A stretch of DNA of 64,000 nucleotides from Rhodanobacteraceae bacterium (GTDB lineage Bacteria; Pseudomonadota; Gammaproteobacteria; Xanthomonadales; SZUA-5): positions 16,625 to 80,624 of the forward strand of contig JANPJV010000300.1 of the NCBI GenBank assembly GCA_031425695.1, read 5' to 3'. This document shows positions 31,228 through 40,507 of this stretch, one piece after another. Position numbers and translations under genes: made by a program. Within the stretch, counting starts at the first letter, position 1. Each line of letters begins with the position of its first letter. Under the pieces are notes generated by a model. It did no database searches. It had not been told where the DNA came from and saw only the letters and a program-made list of their open reading frames with translations.

Positions 31228-34200
31228 TCACGGCCGGTCCACGTCGCCGCGCACAAGCAAGGTGAAGGCATCGCGGGTGACGGTTTCCGGCCCCTGCTGG
31301 ATGGTGCGCACGACCCACACGGGGAACAGCGCGCCAATGGTGTTGAAGCGCAGCACGTTGCCGGCCGCCCAGCCCGAGCCCCAGCCGAGGGCGCGCAGCG
31401 TGAAGTAGGGTCTTCCAGTCGCTGGATTGGTCGGCGCGAGATCGTTGGCCGTGGTGCCCGTAGCAATGACGCCGACGTGTTCGCCGATGACCTGAAACGC
31501 CGTGGTGTTAGTGAACTGGACGGCCCAGCGTTCGGTGATTGCACCTGCGTTCGTCACCGTGATTGGCGCCAGCACATCGTTGAACGTCGCGGTGGCGGCG
31601 TTGCCGGTCTGGGCATCGGTGAACGTCCCATTCCACGTCGCCTGGTCAAATAAGGTCGACACATAGGCGCGCAGATCGCCCGACACCAACGCCGAGGAAA
31701 TGCAGGATCCGGTCGGATAGTCGTGCGTGATTTGCCGGGTGAACGCCAGGCGCCCAGAAATCTGCACGTCGGAGACCTGCGCCATGTCTTCGATGCGGTG
31801 CTCGACCGTGACCGGCTGGGCGAGGCCGGTGACGCTCGTGAACGTCACCAGCCCTGCTTCCAGGTCGACGGTGTATCCGGCGGTGATGACTACGCCGTTG
31901 GAATCGAGCACGCGCACCCGCGACAGACGAACCCGATCGCAGTTGATCACCTGCCCGACGCTGGCGGTGAACGGGCCCACCGTCTCGGTATGTCCGATCA
32001 CGGCGAAGTCGCCCATCCGAAAGATCGGTACGCGTCCGTCCTGCGGCAAACGGACGGGATCGAGACCGATCAAATCGGCATCGAGCGGCAAGTAGGAGTA
32101 CGCAACCGCGTTGTACTTGATGGTGTCAGCAAACACCGGCGCCGGCTTGAACACCTTGGCTACGCCGTCGAGCATCACGACCGCATCCGGATCGAACCAA
32201 ATCTCGTCCTCGTTACCAGCGGCGAGCACCCACGATCCGAACCGCGCGCGCACGACGCCGGTCTCGTAGTCGATGGCGCCCGTAATGCCTGCGCCGGCGA
32301 TGATGCCGTGGTTGTTGGCACTGACATTGATAGTGCCGCCAGTCAGACGCGTGGCGAGCAGTTGCAAGCTCGACGGTCGCACCGGCGACGCCGGAATGCG
32401 GAAGGTGACTTCGTCGACCGGCGTGCCGTCGAGACTGGTGAGCAGTGAGCGCAACTGGACCGCCGTGCTCTGTCCGGGCACCCAAGCGGTGAGGTTCACC
32501 GCGCCCGTGGCGTAGTTGAGCGCACCCGCCAGGGTCGCCGCGCCGGTAACCGGGTTCAGATCGTAATAGAGGCTGCCCAGGCGGTCGAAGTAGGTCTTGC
32601 CGCCCAGCGTGAAGCCGACACTGCCGGGCACGATGGGTTCGGCGAAGCTCGGCGTCAGGTCGAGCGCCAGGCCGGTGGCGGTGAACGGTTGGGTGACGCT
32701 GTTCGAGGTGCCTGCCGCGCGGTAGCGGACCTTGGCCCAGGCCGAGTCGTCGATGGGCATCGCCGCGCCCGCGGTGATGTACTCCCAGTGCGAAAACACA
32801 TTGCGGTAGACCGGAACGAGGGTGCCATCGGCGAGGCGCGTGAGTCCGATCTGGGTTACCAGATAGCGGGCGACTGGAATGCGCACCGTGGTATCGGGCA
32901 GAAAGCGCAGCACGCCGGTAGCGTAGTTCACCGTGCCGTAGACGAGGCCCTGCGTGTCCTTCAGGTTGCCGTTGCGGTCGTCCCTGACGATCTTGATCGG
33001 ATCGACCGGACGCACCAGTTGCAGTTCGGCCGGCGTGGTCGAGATGTAGTCGAAGGTCTCGATCAGCAGGTTCCACTCCAGTTCGACCGTGCTCGGAATC
33101 AGTCCATCGAAGTCCATCTCGAGGTCGACATAGCCGTTGCCATCGCGCATCGGCGCATGGAACTCCTCCTCAGTCGGCGGTCCCCAGGTGTAGGCGACGT
33201 TGTAGGTCTGACCGCCGGCCGGCAGCGCGCTCGGCGTCAGCTGGATCAGCCCGGACTGGTAGTTGATGGTGCCGGTTGCCGATCCCGTGAGTCGGCCTTG
33301 GCCATCGTCGCTGGCGGTTCTGGCCACGCCGTCGTTCCACGTGATCGACACGGAGTCGGGCGAGATGCCGACCTGGGCGAGTTGAAGGGTGACAGACGGC
33401 GGCGCCAGGGTCTGATCGGAGCGGTTGAAGTAGTTCGCCTTGCCGCCCCAGGCATAGACGATCTCGCTGCCCACATCCGGCAATGCGCCGACCGTCACCG
33501 CCACCGTGCCGGAGCCGTAGTTCACCGTGCCGACCCCGTATTCCGGACTGCTGCCCTTGAGCACGCCCGCGCTGTTGTCGCGCAGGTCGTACCACTTGCC
33601 CTGCGCGCGATAGCTCACCTGCAAAGTGCCGGGCGCGGGGCTGGGCAGGATCGTCAGCACGTAGTTGTAGGCGCGATTCTCGATGTCCACGCGCACGCCG
33701 GCGGTGTCCGCAACGCGGATCGGCGCGGCGGCCGGCCTGAAGGTGATGGTCTTGGCACCGCTGTAGTTCGGCGCGCTGGTCGCCATCGCAACCTGGCCGC
33801 GCGCGTAGTTCACTGTGCCGATGACCGTGGCGCCGGCCATCAACTGGCCGCCGTTGTCGGTCAACGTCGCGCCGCTGACGCTGATCGACAAGGTTCCAGG
33901 CTGAATCGCATTGCCGACCGACAGGATCGTGGCGGCGCTGAACCCGACCGAGGTCGTGTAGCTCACTGTGCCATTCGCGGACTCGACCAGGGCTTCGGAC
34001 GTGCCGCCCGCGGTCAGGTCGAGCAGCGGCGTTTCGGTCTGGGCCGAGGGCACCAACTGGGTGAAGATGCTGGTGACGCTGGCAGCTACATCGCCAATCG
34101 CGATCGGTTGGGTGGTCTTGACCACGCCGCAGTACTTGGCCGCATCAGCGACCACAGTGTCGCGCGTCTTGGTCTTGCCCGCCACCATCGTGAACAATCG

Positions 34201-34833
34201 ATCCGGTGGCGAGCCCGCGAAGTCGTGGCGCAGCGCGTCCGACAACTCACAGGTAACGACCACCGCCTCGTAGTCGACGATTCCGCTGCCCGAGCCGTAG
34301 CTGAAGGTCCGAGTCTCGGACGCCACGCGGGTGACGCGAATGTACTGTGCGACCTCGTTCGCCAAGCCCTCGTTGGCGACGAGATACAGGGTTTTGCCAA
34401 TGGCCGGCAGTTCCGCGCCAACGCGTTGGAACAACTGGATGCTGCGCTGGCCGGTGATGTGGTTCTCCAGCAGATAGCCGTTCCACAGCGAGCCCTTGTT
34501 GAGATAGGCCTCGATGCGGTCGCGCGCATTCGTGCGGCGGTCAAACACCTCGTCGGTGGAGAAGATCGTGACCGCGACGCGTGGATCGCTCGGTGCTTCG
34601 GCCACCACGACGTTGCCGCCGAGATAGGTGTCGGTGGTGTTGGTCTGAATGCTAGCGAACACCTTGCGCAGGTTCACGCGGCCACCGGCGCGGTCCATCT
34701 CCGAGATGTCGTTGAACAGCGAGTTGCTCGCGCCATCGACGATGACGGTCGAGGTGGGTGCGCCGCCGCCTTCGGCAACGTCGTCCATGACCTGGCTGGC
34801 GACGAGCTTCACGTCGCCTACGAGAATCGGCAT
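31228..34833 (-). CDS. large distal tail / central fibre (host-specificity-type) protein with six internal repeats
   Basis: 1201 aa, the second gene after the tape measure. Contains six copies of a G[TA][VI][ND]Y-x-[ST]G-x-[VI] signature. Confidence 0.75.
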   Translation of the reverse strand: MPILVGDVKLVASQVMDDVAEGGGAPTSTVIVDGASNSLFNDISEMDRAGGRVNLRKVFASIQTNTTDTYLGGNVVVAEAPSDPRVAVTIFSTDEVFDRRTNARDRIEAYLNKGSLWNGYLLENHITGQRSIQLFQRVGAELPAIGKTLYLVANEGLANEVAQYIRVTRVASETRTFSYGSGSGIVDYEAVVVTCELSDALRHDFAGSPPDRLFTMVAGKTKTRDTVVADAAKYCGVVKTTQPIAIGDVAASVTSIFTQLVPSAQTETPLLDLTAGGTSEALVESANGTVSYTTSVGFSAATILSVGNAIQPGTLSISVSGATLTDNGGQLMAGATVIGTVNYARGQVAMATSAPNYSGAKTITFRPAAAPIRVADTAGVRVDIENRAYNYVLTILPSPAPGTLQVSYRAQGKWYDLRDNSAGVLKGSSPEYGVGTVNYGSGTVAVTVGALPDVGSEIVYAWGGKANYFNRSDQTLAPPSVTLQLAQVGISPDSVSITWNDGVARTASDDGQGRLTGSATGTINYQSGLIQLTPSALPAGGQTYNVAYTWGPPTEEEFHAPMRDGNGYVDLEMDFDGLIPSTVELEWNLLIETFDYISTTPAELQLVRPVDPIKIVRDDRNGNLKDTQGLVYGTVNYATGVLRFLPDTTVRIPVARYLVTQIGLTRLADGTLVPVYRNVFSHWEYITAGAAMPIDDSAWAKVRYRAAGTSNSVTQPFTATGLALDLTPSFAEPIVPGSVGFTLGGKTYFDRLGSLYYDLNPVTGAATLAGALNYATGAVNLTAWVPGQSTAVQLRSLLTSLDGTPVDEVTFRIPASPVRPSSLQLLATRLTGGTINVSANNHGIIAGAGITGAIDYETGVVRARFGSWVLAAGNEDEIWFDPDAVVMLDGVAKVFKPAPVFADTIKYNAVAYSYLPLDADLIGLDPVRLPQDGRVPIFRMGDFAVIGHTETVGPFTASVGQVINCDRVRLSRVRVLDSNGVVITAGYTVDLEAGLVTFTSVTGLAQPVTVEHRIEDMAQVSDVQISGRLAFTRQITHDYPTGSCISSALVSGDLRAYVSTLFDQATWNGTFTDAQTGNAATATFNDVLAPITVTNAGAITERWAVQFTNTTAFQVIGEHVGVIATGTTANDLAPTNPATGRPYFTLRALGWGSGWAAGNVLRFNTIGALFPVWVVRTIQQGPETVTRDAFTLLVRGDVDRP

Positions 34834-34850
34834 GTGGGTCCTGTCGGGGG

Positions 34851-35258
34851 TTAGAGCTGCAGGAAGCGCAGCGTCAATCGGTAGCGGTCAGCGTCGGATC
34901 GCGCCGGAAAGCCCAGTACGGGCTCGGCTTCGACGCAAAGGTCCGCGTGGCGGAATGCCACCTCGAAAGTGCCGCCATCGGCCAAGCGCAACTCAAATCG
35001 CCCGTCGTCGAGCGCCAGGGGCAACGCCGCCCACTCATGCAACGAGGCCACGGTGGCGCGCGTCACCCAAGCCATGTCGCTGGGGCCGACCAGGGTGATC
35101 GGCCGCCCGGCCTGACGTGTTGCCGACTGCACCAGCAGCGCGCCGGTGATCAGATAGGTGGTCGACGCCACCGCAGGCGTCCATGCGTGCTCGTCCGCCC
35201 ACAGCAGATCGTCCGGCAGAGTCAGTGTCTGGCCGGATGAGAGTTGGCGCAGTTCCAT
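34851..35258 (-). CDS. phage tail protein (distal-tail candidate)
   Basis: 135-aa ORF starting 4 nt after the tape measure stop. Confidence 0.55.
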   Translation of the reverse strand: MELRQLSSGQTLTLPDDLLWADEHAWTPAVASTTYLITGALLVQSATRQAGRPITLVGPSDMAWVTRATVASLHEWAALPLALDDGRFELRLADGGTFEVAFRHADLCVEAEPVLGFPARSDADRYRLTLRFLQL

Positions 35259-35261
35259 GGG

Positions 35262-38200
35262 TCAGCTGCGGGCTTGCGCTTCGCGCAGCAAATCCAGCAG
35301 TCGCGACTCGTCGCGCGCCGGGATCGTTGCGCTCACCGTGCGCGCTCCGCTCGCCAGTTCGACACGAATGGTCTTGCTGGGCGGCGGGGCGTCGTTCAAG
35401 TCGATCCGCGGTGTACGGCGCGGCCGCAGGCCTGACGCCGGCACATCGTCGAAATCGGTAGGCATGGCGCGCAGTGTTGCGGCCACCCGCGCCGATGCTT
35501 CCGGACTGACCAGTCCACCGCGCGCGAAGCCCTGGATCTTCGTGGCGATCGCCTGCGCCGGAGTTTTCATGGCGTTGATCGCGGCGAAGAACCCCGCGCC
35601 CAGTCGTTTGACGGATTCACGGCTGACCACGTACTCACCGGGCGTCAGCATCGCTGGCACCGTGTCCGACTTGGCCAGGCCACCACGAGCGTAGTACATC
35701 TGCCGCTCGGTCTCGCGTTCGATGTATTCCATCAACTGACGCTCGAGATCTACACCAGCGATCTGGGCTTGCGACATTGCCATGCGCCAACGACCCTTGA
35801 TCGTATCGACCGAGCCCGACTCCATACCGGTCAATTGGCGAACCCGCAGCAAGCGCTGGAGATAATCGCGGTCTTGGAACGCCTGGATGTCGATGGGCTG
35901 AGTTCTCAGCTGGTTGCCGATCGGAACAACCCGGTTCACCCGCTCCATATGCGCCCGGCCGATCCTCGCGCCCTGCAGGCCAAGTTCGATCAGCTTGAGC
36001 GCCTCAGACACGTCGCGATTGACCTTCTGCGTCGCAGCGACCGGTTTGGGTTTCGGCGGCGTCGCGCCCGACGAGCCAGGGCTCGCGCCAGCGGGAGTCG
36101 ATGACCAACCCGCAGACGAACCGCCCGGCACGAACCCGCCGGCTGCAAAGCGAGCAACGCCAGCGAGCTTGCGCAGCGTCGCAGCGCCGTACTTGCGCAC
36201 GGCGGCCTTCCGAATCACGAAAGCCCCCGCATCCAGCGCCCGCGGCACGGTGTCGCCATCGCCGGTGCCCGGAACTACGCCCGATTTCATCCGCGAAAAG
36301 GACAGTACGGAGCCGCCCTTTGCGTAGCCCCGCGCGACCGGCATCCCGGATCCAACCAGACCACCCGCGGCATTTTGTTCTACGCGCTTGACGTAGATCG
36401 TGTGCGTCGAACTGGTGTTCACACCATTGAGCGACTGGATCTCGCTCCGGGCCTGGCTGGCATTCGTGCTGATCGCGTGCTGCGACTCAGTGCGGATCTG
36501 ATCCATTGCGCGGATCTGGCTGTCGACCTGGCGCAACGAGGTCTGTGCTTTCGCGGTGGCGACCTTCAGATCAATCTGCCCGGTGCGATCGGCGTAGGTC
36601 TGCAGCGTTTCCAGTGCGGACTTGGCGCGACTGATATCGGCGTTGACGAGCAGCGTCTTGCCGTCCTTCAGTTGCGCCTCGAGATCGCGCAGCTGCGCAT
36701 GGGCGGCCTTGAGGTCGGCGTCGATGCGCAGCAGGTAAGCCTTCTCGCGCAGTGCTTCTTCGAGCTGGCGCAACGCGGCGTCGAGCTTGCTGCTGTCGAC
36801 ATCAATCGCGAACTTCAGACCGGACTCCAACTGCGCCTGGATCTGTTCGATCTGCGCCTGCGTGCCGCGCAGCGCGGTCTCGATCTGACCGCGCGCGGAC
36901 GTCGCCTCGCTGGCCGCTTTCTGATGCGCCCGACCTTCGCCCTCGAGTGCCTGGATCGCCAGTAGCTCGCTCTCGCGCATCGCATCGATGGCAGTCTTCA
37001 CCGCCTGCTTTTGGGTGACGACGGTTTCGTCGCCGGCCTTGACCGCTTTTGCGGTCTGCGCCGCCAGGTCCTGGGCCTGCTTGGCGTACTGAATCGCTTG
37101 CTCGAACTCGCCCTCGGAGATGGCGACCCGTGCTTTGCGCTGCAACTCAGCGACCTGGGTCAACTTGTCCTGATAGGCCTGGTACTCGCCCATCGTTGAG
37201 CGCTGCAACTCGCGGATCCGATCCTCGGTGGTCTGCGAGAGCGCGCGCTTCTCGTCCTCGATGCGCCGAATCTCCGCCAGATGGCGATTCGCTTCGGCAT
37301 TGAGTGCGTCAACATGACGCACATAGTCGGCAGCCGCCTGGGCCAGCGCCTGCTGCTTGGCGGCCAGGATTTCGTTGTCGACGCGCAGGGTCGCGGCGCG
37401 GCGGGCTTCGTCGGTTTCAGCCTGGCGTTGCGCGGCTACCAGGCGGGCCTGGCCCTCCTGCTCGATCAAACGCAGCGTGTCGGCGAGCGCTTGGGCGCGC
37501 AGATCCGACTGTTGCTGCACCGATTCCACCAGCAGCTGGGTGGTCTGCTTGATCAGTTGTGCTTCCGATGCGCTCGACTGTTCCAGCAGGACCTGCTTTT
37601 GTGCGTAGTGCGCCGACGTGCTGGCCAGCTGCTGCTGCAGCGTGGCGTCGACGAGGCTGGTCAGCCCCTGATAGGCCTCGGTGATGCCTGAGATCGCCTG
37701 GGTCGCACCCTGTTGGGCCGCGGTCACCACCTGCTCGATCGCAGTGATCTGACTCTTCAGCTTGTTGAGGGTGGCATCGATGGCTTCGATGCCACGACCG
37801 ACCGCCTCTTGCGTTCCCTGGCGTACGGCTTCCAGCCGCCGAGCCATTTCCTCGGCACTGGCTGCTGCCGTCGTCGCCGCCTGCTGCGCTGCACGGCCAG
37901 CCTCGGACGCATCGACATACATCTCGCCGAAGATGGCATTCATCTGCCGCAGCCGTTCCTCGTGGCGCTGCGTGGCTGCCGCGATGGTGTCGCCGGTAAA
38001 GATCGCGGCGAAGCGCTCCCACGAAAACCTCAACGTCTCCATTCCGTTTTCCAGTACCTGGACCATGCCGATGCCGGCTGCACGCACGACCTCGAATTTC
38101 TCCGACAACCAGGTGCCAATTTCCCAGCCGATCAGCGCGGCCGCCAGCACCGCGAACGCGGTCTTCAGCAAGCCTGCGGTGGCCACGGCCGCGGACAAGG

Positions 38201-39236
38201 ACAGGTTTGCGGTGGTCCATGCCGCCGCCGTGGACGCGGCCGCCGTCACCGCCGCCGTGCCCGCCAGTTGCCACGCTGTGATCAGCGCCGGGATCAGGCG
38301 GTAGATCAGTACCGCCAAGCCAATCTCGGCGATGACCTTGAGCCAACTCATCACCGTCTCGAAGTTGCGCGCCAGCCAATCGAGCGCGGTCGCCAACTTC
38401 TGCGTGATGCCGGTCGACTCGTCGACCTTGGCAACCCACTGCGCAAACGCATTCTTGAGCCGCTCGAACGCCGTGCCGACCGTCACCGGCAACTGCGCGT
38501 ATTCCGCCGCGAGCTTGTCTTTCTGCGACATCAGCGCGTTGACGACGACGTCCGCGGTCAATTGCCCTTGCTCGGCCAGCTTGCGCAAGCGGCCAATCGG
38601 CACATTCAACCCATCGGCCAGCGCCTGAGCCAGGCGTGGCGAGTTCTCGACGACCGAGTTGAACTCTTCGCCCCGCAGCACGCCCGATGCCAGCGCCTGC
38701 CCAAACTGCAGCAACGATGACTGCGCCTCCGACGCGGATGCGCCCGAGATCCGCAGCGCCTGACTGATCGACTCGGTCAGCGACAGCGCCGTCTTCTGCT
38801 CACCGCCCAGTTGCCGAACGGCTTGCTGCAACTTGCCGTACAGCGTCGATACCTCCGCTAGCGGCACACCGATACGCTGGGCAATGGCGAAGAGTTCGGT
38901 CTGCGCGATCACGAACTCGCGCTGGCCGGCAGTCGCGAGCTTCAGGCGTGCCACCATCAGGTTCCACTGGTCCGCAACTTGGACCAGTTGCGTGACCTGC
39001 TGCGTCGCCCAGGACACGCCGACGAAGGCCAGCAACTGCGACCGCGCCCGAGTCAGCTGATCGCCGAGCGCCGCCGTTCCAGCCTTGAGCTCCGCCATCC
39101 CCTGCGCCGCCTTCGCGCCCGCGGTCTTCGCGGTCGCCGACATCTCGTTGAACGAGCGCTCGGCCGAAGAAATCGCGCGTTTGAGACCCTCATCCGCGCC
39201 CTCCAGGGCGACTAGGAGGGAGATGCGGTTGGGCAT
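35262..39236 (-). CDS. tail tape measure protein
   Basis: 1324 aa. Long A/Q/E-rich helical sequence. 'LRKLAEQGQLTADVVVNAL' tape-measure core motif. Internal TM cluster 'IAEIGLAVLIYRLIPALITAW'. Confidence 0.9.
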   Translation of the reverse strand: MPNRISLLVALEGADEGLKRAISSAERSFNEMSATAKTAGAKAAQGMAELKAGTAALGDQLTRARSQLLAFVGVSWATQQVTQLVQVADQWNLMVARLKLATAGQREFVIAQTELFAIAQRIGVPLAEVSTLYGKLQQAVRQLGGEQKTALSLTESISQALRISGASASEAQSSLLQFGQALASGVLRGEEFNSVVENSPRLAQALADGLNVPIGRLRKLAEQGQLTADVVVNALMSQKDKLAAEYAQLPVTVGTAFERLKNAFAQWVAKVDESTGITQKLATALDWLARNFETVMSWLKVIAEIGLAVLIYRLIPALITAWQLAGTAAVTAAASTAAAWTTANLSLSAAVATAGLLKTAFAVLAAALIGWEIGTWLSEKFEVVRAAGIGMVQVLENGMETLRFSWERFAAIFTGDTIAAATQRHEERLRQMNAIFGEMYVDASEAGRAAQQAATTAAASAEEMARRLEAVRQGTQEAVGRGIEAIDATLNKLKSQITAIEQVVTAAQQGATQAISGITEAYQGLTSLVDATLQQQLASTSAHYAQKQVLLEQSSASEAQLIKQTTQLLVESVQQQSDLRAQALADTLRLIEQEGQARLVAAQRQAETDEARRAATLRVDNEILAAKQQALAQAAADYVRHVDALNAEANRHLAEIRRIEDEKRALSQTTEDRIRELQRSTMGEYQAYQDKLTQVAELQRKARVAISEGEFEQAIQYAKQAQDLAAQTAKAVKAGDETVVTQKQAVKTAIDAMRESELLAIQALEGEGRAHQKAASEATSARGQIETALRGTQAQIEQIQAQLESGLKFAIDVDSSKLDAALRQLEEALREKAYLLRIDADLKAAHAQLRDLEAQLKDGKTLLVNADISRAKSALETLQTYADRTGQIDLKVATAKAQTSLRQVDSQIRAMDQIRTESQHAISTNASQARSEIQSLNGVNTSSTHTIYVKRVEQNAAGGLVGSGMPVARGYAKGGSVLSFSRMKSGVVPGTGDGDTVPRALDAGAFVIRKAAVRKYGAATLRKLAGVARFAAGGFVPGGSSAGWSSTPAGASPGSSGATPPKPKPVAATQKVNRDVSEALKLIELGLQGARIGRAHMERVNRVVPIGNQLRTQPIDIQAFQDRDYLQRLLRVRQLTGMESGSVDTIKGRWRMAMSQAQIAGVDLERQLMEYIERETERQMYYARGGLAKSDTVPAMLTPGEYVVSRESVKRLGAGFFAAINAMKTPAQAIATKIQGFARGGLVSPEASARVAATLRAMPTDFDDVPASGLRPRRTPRIDLNDAPPPSKTIRVELASGARTVSATIPARDESRLLDLLREAQARS

Positions 39237-39287
39237 GAGCTTGTCGAATCTGGGTGGGTCGCTGCCTTTGGGCGCGATTGGGTGTAA

Positions 39288-39839
39288 ATGGGTGCACTAT
39301 TGGTTCGGTTCGGACCGGAGCCTTCCGTGAGTGACCTGGCCATTTCCAAGCTGCTGCGGGAACTGGAGCGACCGTCGCGAATGACCATTCAGGAAGCCCT
39401 GGACTCAAGGGATCCAATCGCTGCGGTCGCCTGTCGAGTACGGCTCTTTTCTCTGGATGAAATGACCTTCGAAGAAGAGTGCTTCTTTCGCGTAGGCAAT
39501 TTCTTCGGGGACGCTCTCGAAAGCGGTCTGCTTCAGGCCTTGAAGAACGAATCGGGGAACTGGTTTCTCGAAGTTGAGAGGTTCGTCAAGGACTATTGCG
39601 CACCGGAGCTGTTGCGCGTTTTTGGGCAGATTCGCGAAGCGTTTCCTTACCGGGAAGTGCCGCTCTACAGGAAGCAACGGGCGCCGTTATTAGAGCTTGC
39701 CGTGTCGGGTGACGAGGCCCGCTTTGACAATCTCAGTCGGGCCTTTTTCCAGTACGAGGGCGTCTTTCGCGACGGGTTGATGAAGTTCATCCGGAACAAT
39801 CAGGCAAGCTTTGAGAACATCGCGCAGGTCGGCGCGTAG
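39288..39839 (+). CDS. moron: DUF4375 / DMP19-like protein (tentative)
   Basis: 183-aa ORF (alternative ATG 39381) on the opposite strand to the tail operon. Hand-counted G+C about 48-57%, against about 65-70% in the flanks. 'ESGLLQALKNESGNW' matches the DUF4375 core pattern (NGGF.QYF.NSSG). Confidence 0.55.
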   Translation: MGALLVRFGPEPSVSDLAISKLLRELERPSRMTIQEALDSRDPIAAVACRVRLFSLDEMTFEEECFFRVGNFFGDALESGLLQALKNESGNWFLEVERFVKDYCAPELLRVFGQIREAFPYREVPLYRKQRAPLLELAVSGDEARFDNLSRAFFQYEGVFRDGLMKFIRNNQASFENIAQVGA

Positions 39840-39859
39840 GCGCGTACCTAGTCGGCAGC

Positions 39860-40504
39860 TCACCCAAGCCGGCCCAGTTCACCCTCAATCGCCGCCGACA
39901 TCGCCGGCACGCGCGCCGCGATCACCCGATACACATCCAGCCGCTTTTTGATCGTCAACCGCGGTACCAGCACCGCGATCGGCACATCGGCACCGCGCTT
40001 GAGTCGTCCGCCGCCGGTTGCGCTGCGAAGGCGCCGCTTGTAGGGCGCAAGGGTGCGGTCGTACTCGCGTTGGTTCTCGGCCATCAGCACCAGGTTTCCG
40101 CGGGCGTTGCGAATGAAGTAGGCGTTGCCGCCGCGCATCAGTGCGGTGACGTGCGCTTTGAAGGCTTTGCGACCGACGCGGCCGTAGAGTGGGATCAGCA
40201 GCTTGCCCTGGATGGTGCCACCGGACTCGTGGATGCCGATCCATGGAATGCGCGAGCCGATGTGCAGCGCCGGCAAGCGCCGGGTATCGCGATCGATGAC
40301 TTTCGCGCTGAAGCTGCGCGCGAATGAGCGGCGTACGACCTTGAGCCTGGTTGCGACATGACTCTGCACTTCCGCCTTGATCGCGGGGGCCTCGGCGCGA
40401 AGGGCGGTACCGACCGCCTTTCGCACCTTCTCGCGGAGCTCACCGCCCCATCGGCGCAACTTGGCACTAGCCGCGGCGCTGTCGAGTTTGATCCTGATTC
40501 GCAC
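39860..40504 (-). CDS. phage protein between chaperone and tape measure, unknown function
   Basis: 214-aa ORF. GTG start 3 nt after the stop of the T-extension frame. Basic, 'IHESGGTIQGKLLIPL'. Confidence 0.6.
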   Translation of the reverse strand: MRIRIKLDSAAASAKLRRWGGELREKVRKAVGTALRAEAPAIKAEVQSHVATRLKVVRRSFARSFSAKVIDRDTRRLPALHIGSRIPWIGIHESGGTIQGKLLIPLYGRVGRKAFKAHVTALMRGGNAYFIRNARGNLVLMAENQREYDRTLAPYKRRLRSATGGGRLKRGADVPIAVLVPRLTIKKRLDVYRVIAARVPAMSAAIEGELGRLG

Positions 40505-40507
40505 GGG

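Noticed and set aside
32689-34854. 721-aa plus-strand ORF, and many similar long ORFs such as 7601-8527(-), 27096-28352(+), 54492-55748(+), 57578-59356(+), 60424-61584(+) and 43764-45011(+)
   Set aside because: They lie antisense to, or out of frame with, ORFs that carry clear motifs or operon context. Their translations are R/G/A/D-rich and low-complexity, as expected for shadow frames in about 65-70% G+C DNA.
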